64,000 nt of DNA from an uncultured delta proteobacterium (GTDB lineage Bacteria > Desulfobacterota > Desulfobacteria > Desulfobacterales > JAFDCJ01): contig CAVYNY010000010.1 in assembly GCA_963769935.1 (NCBI GenBank), positions 96,001 through 160,000 on the forward strand, read 5' to 3'. Position numbers and translations under genes: made by a program. Shown here piece by piece: positions 49,821 through 60,703 of the stretch (the first letter of the stretch is position 1; each line of letters begins with the position of its first letter). Below the pieces are notes generated by a model, which ran no database searches, was not told where the DNA came from, and saw nothing but the letters and a program-made list of their open reading frames with translations.

Positions 49821-50511
49821 TGAAATCGATGTGTATTACGGAGACTTGCAGACCCTGAGGGGCGTCAGCATCAGCGTCGAACCGGGCGAAGTCGTATCGG
49901 TAATCGGCTCCAATGGTGCCGGTAAATCCTCCCTGCTGAAAACTATTTCAGGCATGTTAAGACCCCGTCAGGGTGGTATCAGCTTAAACGGAATTGATAT
50001 TTCGCACGCACCGCCCTCACGCATCGTCGAGCAGGGCATCAGCCATGTGCCGGAGGGCAGGCAGATTTTTCCCACCATGACGGTCCTGGAAAACCTGGAG
50101 ATGGGCGCTCAGTTCCCCCGAACCCAAAGAGAACGGCAGGAAACCATGCAGCAGGTGTTCGGTTATTTTCCGCGATTGAAGGAGCGCCTGAGCCAGAAAG
50201 CCGGAACGTTGAGCGGCGGTGAACAGCAAATGCTGGCCATGGGTCGCGGTCTGATGTCGTTGCCCGCTATCATGATGCTGGATGAGCCTTCCCTGGGCCT
50301 TGCTCCGGTCCTGGTCAGTACTATTTTTGAAATCATTGAAAAAATCAACCGGCAAGGAACTTCAATTCTTTTAATCGAACAGAATGTCTTTCACTCATTA
50401 AAAATTTCGGATCGCGGCTACGTGCTGGAAAACGGCCAGGTTGCGCTGAGCGGTTCAGGCCAGGAATTGCTCGAAAACCCTCATATTCGAAAGACCTATC
50501 TGGGATTGTGA
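49807..50511 (+). CDS. livF: ABC ATP-binding protein (LivF-like)
   Basis: GSNGAGKS, VPEGRQIF, LSGGEQQM, LDEPSLGLAP. Confidence 0.9.
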   Translation: MLKVSEIDVYYGDLQTLRGVSISVEPGEVVSVIGSNGAGKSSLLKTISGMLRPRQGGISLNGIDISHAPPSRIVEQGISHVPEGRQIFPTMTVLENLEMGAQFPRTQRERQETMQQVFGYFPRLKERLSQKAGTLSGGEQQMLAMGRGLMSLPAIMMLDEPSLGLAPVLVSTIFEIIEKINRQGTSILLIEQNVFHSLKISDRGYVLENGQVALSGSGQELLENPHIRKTYLGL

Positions 50512-50818
50512 GGCGCGTAGCGGGTTGCGGGGTGCGCGTTGCGGGTTACGAAGTGCGGGATTTAGCCGGCGTACGGCGCAGGGATGAGTGAGGATAGCCT
50601 TCAAGCCTTTCAGCTTCTGTCCTCTTTCTTCTGATTTTGGGTTGCGGATCGTTCGATTGCGGATTTGGGATTGAATAGCCCAATTGAGTGATATTTAGGA
50701 GGTGGTAGAATGCGAGGCGGGATTTTTGCAAAATGATGAATTCAGAAATTATGTGATTTAACTTCAGGTTTTATGATTTTTTTAAATCCGAAATCTGCCT
50801 TCTGAAATCCGAAATCGG
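50511..50818. repeat. Several heptamer tandem-repeat arrays
   Basis: (TTGCGGG)-type x7 at 50511-50559; GATTGCG/GATTTGG at 50633-50675; complementary AAATCCG/AAATCTG at 50784-50818. Confidence 0.65.
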
Positions 50819-50821
50819 GGC

Positions 50822-51427
50822 TTACTCCTCCTGGAACAAATCCGGATAAAGGCTTACTCGGCACTCCGGACATATTCCGTGACTGAATTCATGGTCCGTG
50901 TAATTCATGAGGTACCGCTCAATCGTCAGCCATTGGCCATTGCCGTTGCGTATCTTTTTACAATTAGAACAAATCGGAATGAATCCCCCTATGGAGTTGA
51001 CCATGATTTTTTCAAGGGCAATAAAGCGCCGATACAGCATTCGAAGCAACTCGATTGCAAGGGCCGGATATTTTTCTATCTCCTCTTCCAGGTTCCACTG
51101 CTCCAGGCAGAGTGCCTGAACTTTTCCTCGGGCCACCACGGTTGCTGATCGGATCATATCGTCGATAAGTGCCATTTCCCCAAAATAGCATGGTGCGCTC
51201 AAAGTCCGCAGGCGTTTGGCCTTATTGGTGCGATAACTTTTGATGACGTCGACCCTGCCGCTGACGAGGATAAAAAGCCGGCCGTCACGCTCGCCTTCGT
51301 TGATGATCACATCGCCCATATTGAAGAAATAAAATTGGCTCTTTTTAGCAAGTCGCTGCAGATCTGCTTTCTTAAAATTCGAAAATATGGATACCTCTGC
51401 CAAATAATCCGCCTGGCTCATCGTCAT
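50822..51427 (-). CDS. cNMP-binding domain protein with C-terminal Cys-rich domain
   Basis: FGEMAL...RSATV cNMP motif; IPICSNCKKIR...W...SHGICPEC tail. Confidence 0.85.
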   Translation of the reverse strand: MTMSQADYLAEVSIFSNFKKADLQRLAKKSQFYFFNMGDVIINEGERDGRLFILVSGRVDVIKSYRTNKAKRLRTLSAPCYFGEMALIDDMIRSATVVARGKVQALCLEQWNLEEEIEKYPALAIELLRMLYRRFIALEKIMVNSIGGFIPICSNCKKIRNGNGQWLTIERYLMNYTDHEFSHGICPECRVSLYPDLFQEE

Positions 51428-51751
51428 CGTTCCCTCCCCTGTTTTTTAGGATGTCAACTACCGGCGTCAAACTCATCTGCCGACACCTGCAGCATTTACG
51501 AACGATCTTTATCCCCCTTTAAACTGACGCCCGCTCCGATGCGAAAAAAGCGAGGTTGTAAAATTTGGTTAGCCGGATAACGCAATGAACGCCAAAAGCA
51601 GCAATGATATCAATCCCCTGTCGAATTGCCCCCGGAGCCCGCCCAGACTCGGCGGTACTGATATTAAGGGCGATCACATTACAAGCTTCTTATGGAAGGA
51701 ATACTTTACATAGTTTGAGAGGAAAAATCAATGGCCGGACAGATTAATTTC

Positions 51752-51789
51752 AGATCTTTTGCAGCTATATAGATCTTTTGCAGCTATAT
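51752..51789. repeat. Perfect 19-bp tandem duplication
   Basis: AGATCTTTTGCAGCTATAT x2. Confidence 0.9.
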
Positions 51790-51817
51790 AAGGAATAAAT
51801 AACGAACAACCGAGACC

Positions 51818-53380
51818 TCACAACCCAATATTGTAACGCTTAATTTTATTAAGCAGCCCCTGCCGGGTGATTCCCAGCATGCCGGCGGCATGCGATCGGT
51901 TGCCTTCGGCTTTTTCAAGAGCTTCATGTACCATTTGTTTTTCAATGCGTTCCGTCACCTGCTGCAGTGTGCCGCCTTCATCAAGGTCCGGACGAAGCTG
52001 GTTGCTGGATTCAGAAATTTTGATTGAGAGGCAGGCTTCGGATATCTCTTTTTCGCTGCCGGCAAGGGTAAATGCCCTTTCGATTTCATTTTGCAGCTCG
52101 CGGACATTACCGGGCCAATTATAGGAAGAAAGCAATTCCAGGGCCGTCGATGTCAGGCGGGGTATCGGCCTTTTGAATTTTTTGGCGAATTGCTCGAAAA
52201 AGTGCGCCACCAGCAAAGGGATATCCTCTTTGCGCTCTCTCAGTGGCGGAATGGTGATCGGAAACACATTGATCCGATAAAAAAGATCCTCGCGAAAATT
52301 GCCCCGGGCCATCTCCTCTTCCAGTTTGCGGTTGGTGCAGGCAATGATTCTTACATTGACTTTGATGTAGTGCGAACCGCCGACGGGTCTGAATTGTCCG
52401 TCCTGCAGGACTCTAAGTAGTTTTACCTGCATCGTCCGCGACATCTCCCCGATCTCGTCCAACAGGACCGCCCCGCCGTCTGCCATCTCAAAAAGCCCTT
52501 TCTTGTCTGATATGGCGCCGGTGAAAGCGCCTTTTACATGGCCGAAAAGCTCACTTTCCAGAAGGTTCTCGGCTAACGCTCCGCAATTTTCGGCAATGAA
52601 AGGCTTGTTCTTCAAAGGCCCATTGTAATGAATAACTTTGGCGATCAGTTCTTTGCCGGTGCCGGTTTCACCCTGGATTAAAACCGTTGTGGTTACATCG
52701 ATAACCTTCTCCAGCAGTGAAAAAAGCTGGCGCATCGAGCTACTTGAGGCAACCAATCCCTGAACTTCGAAGCGGCTCTGAACTTCGGACATGAGTCTGC
52801 GATTTTCAGCTTCCAATGAAGTCGCATACTGCTTGAGGAGCCCGTAATGCCTTGCATTTTCAACTGCCATCGCCAGGGTTACCGCGAGAATCTCAAGCAG
52901 CAGGGAATGCTTTTTCGTAAAACTGCCTTCCAACTTGTTGATCGCATACAGGACGCCGATAATTCCCTTGGGAGTTCTCAGCGGCACACAAATCATGGAC
53001 CTGGTGCGAAGGCCTTTTTGCAAGCTAAATTCTTTATAAATTCTTTCATCCTTGGAGGCGTCCGGAATTAAAACAGTCCTGTTGTTGCGCAACACCCAGC
53101 CGGCGACGCCGAGATGATCCGGAAAATGCATTTTCTCAATATCGTTATGCTTTCCATCTTGCTGCATTTCCACAGTTTGAAGGAAGTAAAACATCTTCCG
53201 ATCCGGTTCATGCAGGGCGAGCGAAGCACCGTCAATTTGAAAAACCTCCTTTATCCTGTGCAAAACCAGGCGCAGCATTTCATCAAAATCCTTGATGGCG
53301 TAAATGGAGGTGGATACCTCATAAAGCAGGTTGAGATCTTCCCTGCTAAAGGCCGTCGACATATCCAGGGGGTTCGGCAT
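51818..53380 (-). CDS. GAF-AAA+-Fis sigma-54 activator (NifA/FhlA-like architecture)
   Basis: GAF domain (GVAGWV...RSMICVPL), GETGTGKE, GAFTGA, WPGNVREL, HTH. Confidence 0.92.
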   Translation of the reverse strand: MPNPLDMSTAFSREDLNLLYEVSTSIYAIKDFDEMLRLVLHRIKEVFQIDGASLALHEPDRKMFYFLQTVEMQQDGKHNDIEKMHFPDHLGVAGWVLRNNRTVLIPDASKDERIYKEFSLQKGLRTRSMICVPLRTPKGIIGVLYAINKLEGSFTKKHSLLLEILAVTLAMAVENARHYGLLKQYATSLEAENRRLMSEVQSRFEVQGLVASSSSMRQLFSLLEKVIDVTTTVLIQGETGTGKELIAKVIHYNGPLKNKPFIAENCGALAENLLESELFGHVKGAFTGAISDKKGLFEMADGGAVLLDEIGEMSRTMQVKLLRVLQDGQFRPVGGSHYIKVNVRIIACTNRKLEEEMARGNFREDLFYRINVFPITIPPLRERKEDIPLLVAHFFEQFAKKFKRPIPRLTSTALELLSSYNWPGNVRELQNEIERAFTLAGSEKEISEACLSIKISESSNQLRPDLDEGGTLQQVTERIEKQMVHEALEKAEGNRSHAAGMLGITRQGLLNKIKRYNIGL

Positions 53381-53414
53381 AACTATATATCCTTCAGAGT
53401 GTGGGTCGGGTGAA

Positions 53415-53431
53415 TGTAAATTACATTTACA
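53415..53431. promoter_or_regulatory. Palindrome TGTAA-N7-TTACA, candidate operator
   Basis: TGTAAATTACATTTACA, 35 bp upstream of the activator gene. Confidence 0.45.
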
Positions 53432-53961
53432 CTGGATATTGGATCAGGTAAAGAAAAATTACAGAAGATGTAAACTTAATTGCCGGTAGCATCTTGAACC
53501 GGCATCGCACTCTTACACGACGGTAACCCGGATAGAAACATTTTTGTAATACACCAGCCAAGGATCTTAATCTCAACTGCCGGCCTTCTTTGTAACTGTT
53601 GCCCAAACCAACGGACACCCCTTGCAAAGCTCGGTTCCGACGTAAATTTTTCTGCTTAACGTTGCAGTACCGAAAAAGAAGGCCGGCTTTTTAATCGGAG
53701 AACTTGTCAGCTGACCGTGATTACCCGGTTTGCCAAACGGGCATAAACCCTCAACAGTTTACTTTACCTTCCCCAAAAACAGACGCTCATCCCCGCCGGA
53801 AGTGAATTTCCAAGACGTCAAACTATATCAATATTTAAAAACAAAAGTGTAATTTTATAAAATAACTATGACAAATTTGTGATAAATTATTCTTATTATA
53901 ACAATAATGTCATATTTATGAAAATGCGGTTGTGGTTGGCTGGTTTATATTTTACATACTA

Positions 53962-53974
53962 TATCAATAGGTTA
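53962..53974 (+). promoter_or_regulatory. IHF-binding site
   Basis: TATCAA-TAGG-TTA matches WATCAANNNNTTR, about 30 bp upstream of the -24 box. Confidence 0.55.
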
Positions 53975-54002
53975 TTAAGATTTTCGCACCCGTCTTTAAA
54001 CT

Positions 54003-54017
54003 TGGCATGGGCGTTGC
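54003..54017 (+). promoter_or_regulatory. Sigma-54 promoter of glnK-amtB
   Basis: TGGCAT-GGGCG-TTGC. Confidence 0.8.
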
Positions 54018-54086
54018 TCATCTATCGGGCGAATTCGGAAATCCCGGGAATACCATAAATCAAAATCTGCAGGAGGAAACGGGTAG

Positions 54087-54425
<339 letters not shown>

Positions 54426-54458
54426 TTATTTAAAAATTATAGGAGGCATAAGGACATC

Positions 54459-55856
54459 ATGAAGAAAATGGTACTCATCTTATTGTTTGGACTGATTTTT
54501 ATTTCTCGTACGTGGGCGGGTGATGAACCGCCGACCATAGAATCGAATAAGGCCCTGATCGATCTGGTACAGTCCCATGCCGATTACGTCTGGACCCTGG
54601 TTGCCGCGGCCCTGGTGTTTTTTATGCAGGCCGGCTTTGCCATGGTGGAAACCGGCTTCACCCGGGCCAAAAATGCCGTCAATATCATGATGAAAAACCT
54701 GTTGGATTTCGCCATGGGCTCGTTGGCTTTCTGGGCCATCGGTTTCGGAGTCATGTTCGGCGCAACGTCAACCGGCTGGTTCGGCACATCGGGTTTTTTC
54801 CTTTCCGATTTTCAAGTCGGCGGCGATCCATGGGTGCTGGCGTTCTGGATGTTCCAGGTGGTATTTGCGGCCACGGCGGCAACCATCGTTTCGGGAGCCA
54901 TGGCTGAACGAACCAAATTCTCAGGCTATCTGATTTACAGCGCCGTGGTGAGCGCCGTCATCTATCCGGTTTTCGGCAGCTGGGCCTGGGGCGGCCTCTA
55001 TAAAGGCGGAGGCTGGCTGGAAAGCCTGGGATTTATTGATTTCGCCGGTTCCACCGTGGTGCACTCCGTCGGCGGATGGGCCTCCCTGGCCGGTGCCATC
55101 GTACTCGGCCCCCGAATGGGCAAATATATGAAAGACGGAAAAATCAAGCCGATTCTGGGTCACAACCTGCCCCTGGCCGCGCTGGGCGTTTTCATTCTCT
55201 GGTTGGGGTGGTTTGGTTTCAACCCCGGATCAACAACCGCCGCCAACAAAGACATTGCCATGATCTTTGTCAACACCAACCTGGCCGCCGCCGCCGGTTG
55301 CATACTGGCCATGACAACGTCCTGGATCAAATTCGGCAAACCGGAAATCGGCATGAGTTTAAACGGTACCCTGGCCGGCCTGGTGGCAATTACCAGCCCC
55401 TGTGCCTCGGTCACCCCGCTGAGCGCCGTCATTATCGGCGCCGCTGCCGGGGTGATCGTCGTGCTCGCGGTTCTCTTTTTTGACAAGATCAAAGTCGACG
55501 ATCCGGTTGGCGCCATTTCCGTCCACGGTGTTTGCGGTGCCTGGGGGACCCTGGCCGCCGGCTTTTTCAATATCGGCGGAACCTCGGCCAAAATTATCGG
55601 GGTCCAGATACTGGGTATCGCCACCTGCTTTCTATGGGTGTTTCCGACCGCATTCATTTTATTTAAATTAATCGACAAAACCATCGGACTGAGAGTTACT
55701 CCGGAAGAAGAACTCGAAGGTCTCGATATCGCCGAGCACGGCGGTAATGCCTACCCGGATTTTGAAGTTTCCTCCTATGGCGGTGTCAGCAGTTCCGGGG
55801 GATCTGGCAGCCCTTCCGCCGTTGGTGATGCCGTCGGACAATTTGAACCCGCCTGA
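54459..55856 (+). CDS. amtB: Ammonium transporter
   Basis: FMQAGFA, SGAMAER, DFAGSTVVH, GWFGFN, DDPVGAISVHG. Confidence 0.95.
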   Translation: MKKMVLILLFGLIFISRTWAGDEPPTIESNKALIDLVQSHADYVWTLVAAALVFFMQAGFAMVETGFTRAKNAVNIMMKNLLDFAMGSLAFWAIGFGVMFGATSTGWFGTSGFFLSDFQVGGDPWVLAFWMFQVVFAATAATIVSGAMAERTKFSGYLIYSAVVSAVIYPVFGSWAWGGLYKGGGWLESLGFIDFAGSTVVHSVGGWASLAGAIVLGPRMGKYMKDGKIKPILGHNLPLAALGVFILWLGWFGFNPGSTTAANKDIAMIFVNTNLAAAAGCILAMTTSWIKFGKPEIGMSLNGTLAGLVAITSPCASVTPLSAVIIGAAAGVIVVLAVLFFDKIKVDDPVGAISVHGVCGAWGTLAAGFFNIGGTSAKIIGVQILGIATCFLWVFPTAFILFKLIDKTIGLRVTPEEELEGLDIAEHGGNAYPDFEVSSYGGVSSSGGSGSPSAVGDAVGQFEPA

Positions 55857-55889
55857 CACGTAAACCCAAAGTATTCCTCGCTCCGCCAA

Positions 55890-55935
55890 CTGCCTGCCGG
55901 CAGCAGCATGGCTGCCGGCCGGCAGGCTATTTTTC
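55890..55935 (+). terminator. GC-rich hairpin between amtB and gltB
   Basis: GCCGGCAGC-agcatg-GCTGCCGGC with a downstream T-tract. Confidence 0.45.
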
Positions 55936-56034
55936 AGGGCGGATGAATTATGGGTTTTACTTTGCGGGAATCGCCAAAAGCTGGTAATAGGAGCCTGAAT
56001 ATCTTTAATTTGCTCCACCCTGAAAAATAGAAAC

Positions 56035-59000
56035 ATGCGAAACCATAATTTGCCAAAACATTTATCCGGCGCGTTGACGCCCCGGGGACTTTATGATCCC
56101 ACCTTCGAGCATGATGCCTGCGGAGTGGGCATGATCTGCAACATGCACGGCGAAAAATCCCACCGGATTATCGCCGACGGCCTGCAGATTCTGGTTAACC
56201 TTACCCACCGGGGGGCCTGCGGCTGTGACGAGACCACCGGCGACGGGGCGGGCATTCTGATGCAGATGCCCCATGTCTTTTTAAAAAAGATCAGCGGGCA
56301 AGCTTCCATCAGTCTGCCGGCTGAAAAAGAATACGCCAGCGGATTGGTTTTCCTGCCGCCCGATTCCCGGCAGCGCCAAATATGTATGGATCATTTTAAA
56401 GCCGTCGTGCAGGCGGAGAAACAACAGTTTCTCGGCTGGCGCCGGGTTCCCGTAGTCAGCAAAGCCCTGGGTGAGTTGGCCCGTCAGCTGGAGCCGGCGA
56501 TCTTTCAAATCTTTATCGGCCGCGGCCCGGGGGTCGACAGCCAGGCCCATTTTGAACGCAAGCTGTTCGTCATCCGCAAGGTTATTGAAAACTTCGTCAG
56601 GCAGTCCCAACTTACCGAGGCCTCCTACTTTCATATCCCCAGCCTTTCCAGTCAAACCCTGGTGTACAAAGGAATGCTGCTGGCCGACCAGATCGAAGTC
56701 TATTATTCCGATCTGGCCGACCCGGACATGGCCAGCGCCCTGGCGATTGTCCACCAACGTTACAGCACCAACACCTTCCCCACCTGGGACCTGGCGCATC
56801 CTTTCCGGTTTCTGTGCCACAATGGCGAGATCAACACGCTGCGCGGCAATATCAACTGGATGAACGCCCGTCAGTGGCTGTTCCGGTCGGAACATTTCGG
56901 GGAAGATATGGCCAAGCTGTTTCCCATCGCGACGCCGGGGGCCAGCGACTCGGCCATATTCGACAACGTCATCGAACTGCTATATCATTCCGGTCGTTCA
57001 CTGCCCCATGCCATCATGATGCTGATTCCGGAGGCCTGGGAAAAACATGCAACCATGAGCGACGCCAAAAAGGCATTCTACGAATACCATTCGTGTCTGA
57101 TGGAACCGTGGGACGGACCGGCATCCATCGCCTTCAGCGACGGCACCTGTATCGGTGCCGTATTGGATCGCAATGGTCTGCGTCCTTCCCGCTATACCGT
57201 GACCAAAGACGGCTACGTCATTATGGCTTCGGAAACCGGCGTGCTGGAGGTCAAGCCGGAAAACGTGCACTACAAAGGCCGCCTGCAGCCGGGGCGGATG
57301 TTTCTGATCGATATAGACAAGGGCCGCATTGTTGATGACGAAGAAATCAAGGCTGAAATTGCGGCCCGCAAACCGTATCGTCAATGGCTGGCCCAAAACC
57401 GGCTGACCCTCGACCAATTGCCGCACCCCGAGCCAGGCAGCCCGGAAAATTCGCTGCCGCTGGTCGCCCGGCAGCAAGCCTTCGGCTACACTTTGGAAGA
57501 TCTGAGAATGATTCTGGCGGTTATGGCCCGGGAGGGCCAAGAACCTGTCGGATCCATGGGCGATGACATACCACCGGCCATTCTTTCCAGTCGACCGCGC
57601 CTGCTGTTTGACTATTTTAAACAACTCTTCGCCCAGGTGACGAATCCACCGCTGGATGCCATCCGCGAAGAGCTGGTGACGTCGCTGGCGACGACCATCG
57701 GGGCCGAACAGAACCTGTTTGAGGAAGATCCGCAGCACTGCCGACAGCTGAAACTGGATCAGCCGATTATCGACAATTCCCAGCTCGCGAAGATCCGCCA
57801 TATAAATAATGCTGCCATGCGTTCGGTCACGCTGTCGATGCTTTTTCCGGTGGAACAGGGCGGGCCGGGCCTGGATAAGGCCATGGCAGCACTCTGCCGC
57901 CGGGCAGCACAAGTAGTCAACGAAGGCGCAAGCATCCTGATTTTAAGCGATCGCGGCGTAGATGAACACCTGGCGCCGATACCCTCCCTGCTGGCCACCG
58001 CCGGTGTCCACCATCACCTGATCCGGCAAGGATTGCGGACCCGCTGCGGCATCGTGGCAGAGACCGGCGAAGCCCGGGAGGTTCACCACCACTGCTGCCT
58101 GATCGGATATGGTGCCGGGGCCGTCAATCCTTACCTGGCATACGATACGCTGGCAGAAATGACTGCCGGCGGGCAGCTGGAAGGCATTGCGAAGCAAGCC
58201 GCCTGCCAAAACTACAGCAAGGCGGCCGCCAAAGGTATCTTGAAAGTCATTTCAAAGATGGGCATTTCCACCCTGCAAAGCTACCGGGGTGCTCAGATTT
58301 TTGAGTGTGTAGGCCTGAACGAAACCGTCATTGAAAAATATTTTTGCGGCACGCCGTCGCGGATCGGCGGCGGCGGCCTGGATCTTATTGCCAGAGAAGT
58401 ACAAATCAGGCATCAGCATGCTTTCCCGGCGGTAAAAATAACGGCCGGCGGCCGCCTGGAACTGGGAGGCAAATACAAATGGCGCCGCACCGGTGAAGCG
58501 CATCAATACAATCCCATAAGCATTGCCAAGCTGCAGCAGGCCGTGCGCTCGAATGATGCCAGGGCCTGGGCCGAGTTTTCAGAGTTGGTCGACGCCCAAA
58601 ACCGCCGGGAAGGTCTGATTCGCGGCCTTTTTGAATTTAAAACGCCACCTGTCGCCGTCGCGCTTGATGAAGTCGAACCGGCTGAAGCGATTGTGCGCCG
58701 CCTCAAAACCGGCGCCATGTCCTACGGATCCATCAGCAAGGAAGCCCATGAAACCCTGGCAATTGCCATGAACCGCATCGGCGGCAAGAGCAACAGCGGT
58801 GAAGGCGGCGAAGACCCGGACCGGCACCAGCCCGACGCCAACGGTGATTGGCGCAACAGCGCCGTCAAACAGGTCGCCTCCGGCCGGTTCGGAGTTACCG
58901 CCGCCTATCTGGCCAATGCGACGGATCTGCAGATTAAAATGGCCCAGGGCGCCAAGCCCGGTGAAGGCGGGCAGCTGCCGGGCTTCAAGGTCTATCCCTG

Positions 59001-60585
59001 GATTGCCGCCACCCGCCATTCGACGCCGTATGTCGGGCTGATATCACCCCCGCCCCACCATGACATCTACTCCATCGAAGATCTGGCGCAATTAATTCAC
59101 GATCTGAAAAATGCCAACCCCCGAGCCCGGATCAATGTCAAACTGGTATCCGAGGCGGGTGTCGGGACGGTGGCAGCCGGAGTGGCCAAGGGCAAGGCCG
59201 ATCTGATTCTGATCAGCGGCGATTCCGGCGGCACCGGCGCATCTCCCCAGACATCCATCCGCCACGCGGGTCTGCCCTGGGAACTGGGCCTGGCGGAAAC
59301 CCAGCAGACATTGGTAATGAACGGCTTGCGCAGCCGGGTGGTGCTCGAGTGCGACGGCCAGTTAAAAACAGCCCGGGATGTGGCCATCGCCTGCCTGCTG
59401 GGGGCCGAAGAATTCGGGTTCGGCACCATCTCTCTGGTGGCTCTGGGATGCATCATGATGCGGGTCTGCCATCTGAATACCTGTCCGGTGGGCATTGCCA
59501 CGCAGGATCCGGAACTGCGCCGCAAGTTTGCCGGCAAACCTGAACATGTAATCAATTTAATGTATTTTATAGCCGAAGATCTTCGAAAGATCATGGCTCG
59601 TCTCGGGTTCCGAACCGTCCGCAAGATGGTGGGTCGGGTCGATCTGCTCGATGTCGGCCAAGCCATCAACCACTGGAAAGGGCGGAGATTTGACTTTTCA
59701 AAAATCCTGTATAAGCCTGAGGTCCCTATAGGAATCGCCGGCACCTGTTCGGTGGAGAGCCAGAACCACGGCCTTGAAAAGGCGATGGATCATCAGTTGA
59801 TCGAAAAATGCCGGCCGGCCCTGGAGCACGGAGAATCGGTTGAATTTGAAGTGCCGATCCGCAATGTGCAGCGTACGGTGGGTACGATGCTCAGCTACGA
59901 AATCTCGCGACGCTACGGCCTGAAAGGGTTACCGGCCGACACCATCGTAATCCATGCGACCGGATCGGCGGGACAGAGTTTCTGTGCTTTCGGTGCCCCC
60001 GGGCTCACGGTCCACCTGCGCGGCGATGCCAACGACTATTTCGGCAAAGGGCTGTCCGGCGCCAGATTAACCATAGCTCCCCCGGATGCCAGCACATTCA
60101 AGGCCGAAGAAAATATCATCATCGGCAACGTTGCCTTCTACGGGGCCACCAGCGGCGAGGCTTATGTCCGCGGCGTGGCCGGTGAGCGCTTCTGTGTCCG
60201 CAACAGCGGGGTTAAAGCCGTAGTTGAGGGCGTCGGAGACCATGGCTGTGAGTACATGACCGGCGGCCGGGTCGCCGTTCTGGGATCGACCGGCCGCAAT
60301 TTTGCCGCCGGCATGAGCGGCGGGGTGGCCTATGTACTGGATGAAACCGGCGATTTCGGACGCTTTCGCTGCAACTTGGAAATGGTCCAACTCGAAGTGC
60401 TCTCCGCACCGGATGATATCATCGAGCTGCAGCAGATGATCGCAAACCATTATCGCTGCACCGGCAGTGCGGTGGCACGCCGGATCCTGGACAACTGGGA
60501 AGATTTGCTTGCCAAATTCATCAAAGTGATGCCGGTGGATTACAAACGGGCGCTGGAACAAATGACAAAGGACAATAGTTATTAG
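56035..60585 (+). CDS. gltB: Glutamate synthase large subunit
   Basis: [48 protein letters not shown] domain. Confidence 0.97.
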   Translation: MRNHNLPKHLSGALTPRGLYDPTFEHDACGVGMICNMHGEKSHRIIADGLQILVNLTHRGACGCDETTGDGAGILMQMPHVFLKKISGQASISLPAEKEYASGLVFLPPDSRQRQICMDHFKAVVQAEKQQFLGWRRVPVVSKALGELARQLEPAIFQIFIGRGPGVDSQAHFERKLFVIRKVIENFVRQSQLTEASYFHIPSLSSQTLVYKGMLLADQIEVYYSDLADPDMASALAIVHQRYSTNTFPTWDLAHPFRFLCHNGEINTLRGNINWMNARQWLFRSEHFGEDMAKLFPIATPGASDSAIFDNVIELLYHSGRSLPHAIMMLIPEAWEKHATMSDAKKAFYEYHSCLMEPWDGPASIAFSDGTCIGAVLDRNGLRPSRYTVTKDGYVIMASETGVLEVKPENVHYKGRLQPGRMFLIDIDKGRIVDDEEIKAEIAARKPYRQWLAQNRLTLDQLPHPEPGSPENSLPLVARQQAFGYTLEDLRMILAVMAREGQEPVGSMGDDIPPAILSSRPRLLFDYFKQLFAQVTNPPLDAIREELVTSLATTIGAEQNLFEEDPQHCRQLKLDQPIIDNSQLAKIRHINNAAMRSVTLSMLFPVEQGGPGLDKAMAALCRRAAQVVNEGASILILSDRGVDEHLAPIPSLLATAGVHHHLIRQGLRTRCGIVAETGEAREVHHHCCLIGYGAGAVNPYLAYDTLAEMTAGGQLEGIAKQAACQNYSKAAAKGILKVISKMGISTLQSYRGAQIFECVGLNETVIEKYFCGTPSRIGGGGLDLIAREVQIRHQHAFPAVKITAGGRLELGGKYKWRRTGEAHQYNPISIAKLQQAVRSNDARAWAEFSELVDAQNRREGLIRGLFEFKTPPVAVALDEVEPAEAIVRRLKTGAMSYGSISKEAHETLAIAMNRIGGKSNSGEGGEDPDRHQPDANGDWRNSAVKQVASGRFGVTAAYLANATDLQIKMAQGAKPGEGGQLPGFKVYPWIAATRHSTPYVGLISPPPHHDIYSIEDLAQLIHDLKNANPRARINVKLVSEAGVGTVAAGVAKGKADLILISGDSGGTGASPQTSIRHAGLPWELGLAETQQTLVMNGLRSRVVLECDGQLKTARDVAIACLLGAEEFGFGTISLVALGCIMMRVCHLNTCPVGIATQDPELRRKFAGKPEHVINLMYFIAEDLRKIMARLGFRTVRKMVGRVDLLDVGQAINHWKGRRFDFSKILYKPEVPIGIAGTCSVESQNHGLEKAMDHQLIEKCRPALEHGESVEFEVPIRNVQRTVGTMLSYEISRRYGLKGLPADTIVIHATGSAGQSFCAFGAPGLTVHLRGDANDYFGKGLSGARLTIAPPDASTFKAEENIIIGNVAFYGATSGEAYVRGVAGERFCVRNSGVKAVVEGVGDHGCEYMTGGRVAVLGSTGRNFAAGMSGGVAYVLDETGDFGRFRCNLEMVQLEVLSAPDDIIELQQMIANHYRCTGSAVARRILDNWEDLLAKFIKVMPVDYKRALEQMTKDNSY

Positions 60586-60633
60586 TTATTGGTTATTTGG
60601 TTAAAAGAATTAGGTGTCAGGTTTCGGGTGTCA
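60574..60633. repeat. Heptamer repeats in the gltB-gltD spacer
   Basis: AATAGTT ATTAGTT ATTGGTT; GGTGTCA GGTTTCG GGTGTCA. Confidence 0.55.
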
Positions 60634-60703
60634 GCAATATTAGTCAATACCGAGCCCTAAAACACAAATGCTTAAAATGAAGTGTCCGCATCAGGAACAA
60701 ATT

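Noticed and set aside
50511..50818. CRISPR array
   Set aside because: Units are 7 nt and degenerate, with no repeat-spacer structure and no cas genes.
53780..53820. glnA glutamine riboswitch (CGCTCATC...CGGAAGT)
   Set aside because: The closing GAAGGAACG segment and stems are missing, and it lies upstream of the sigma-54 promoter.
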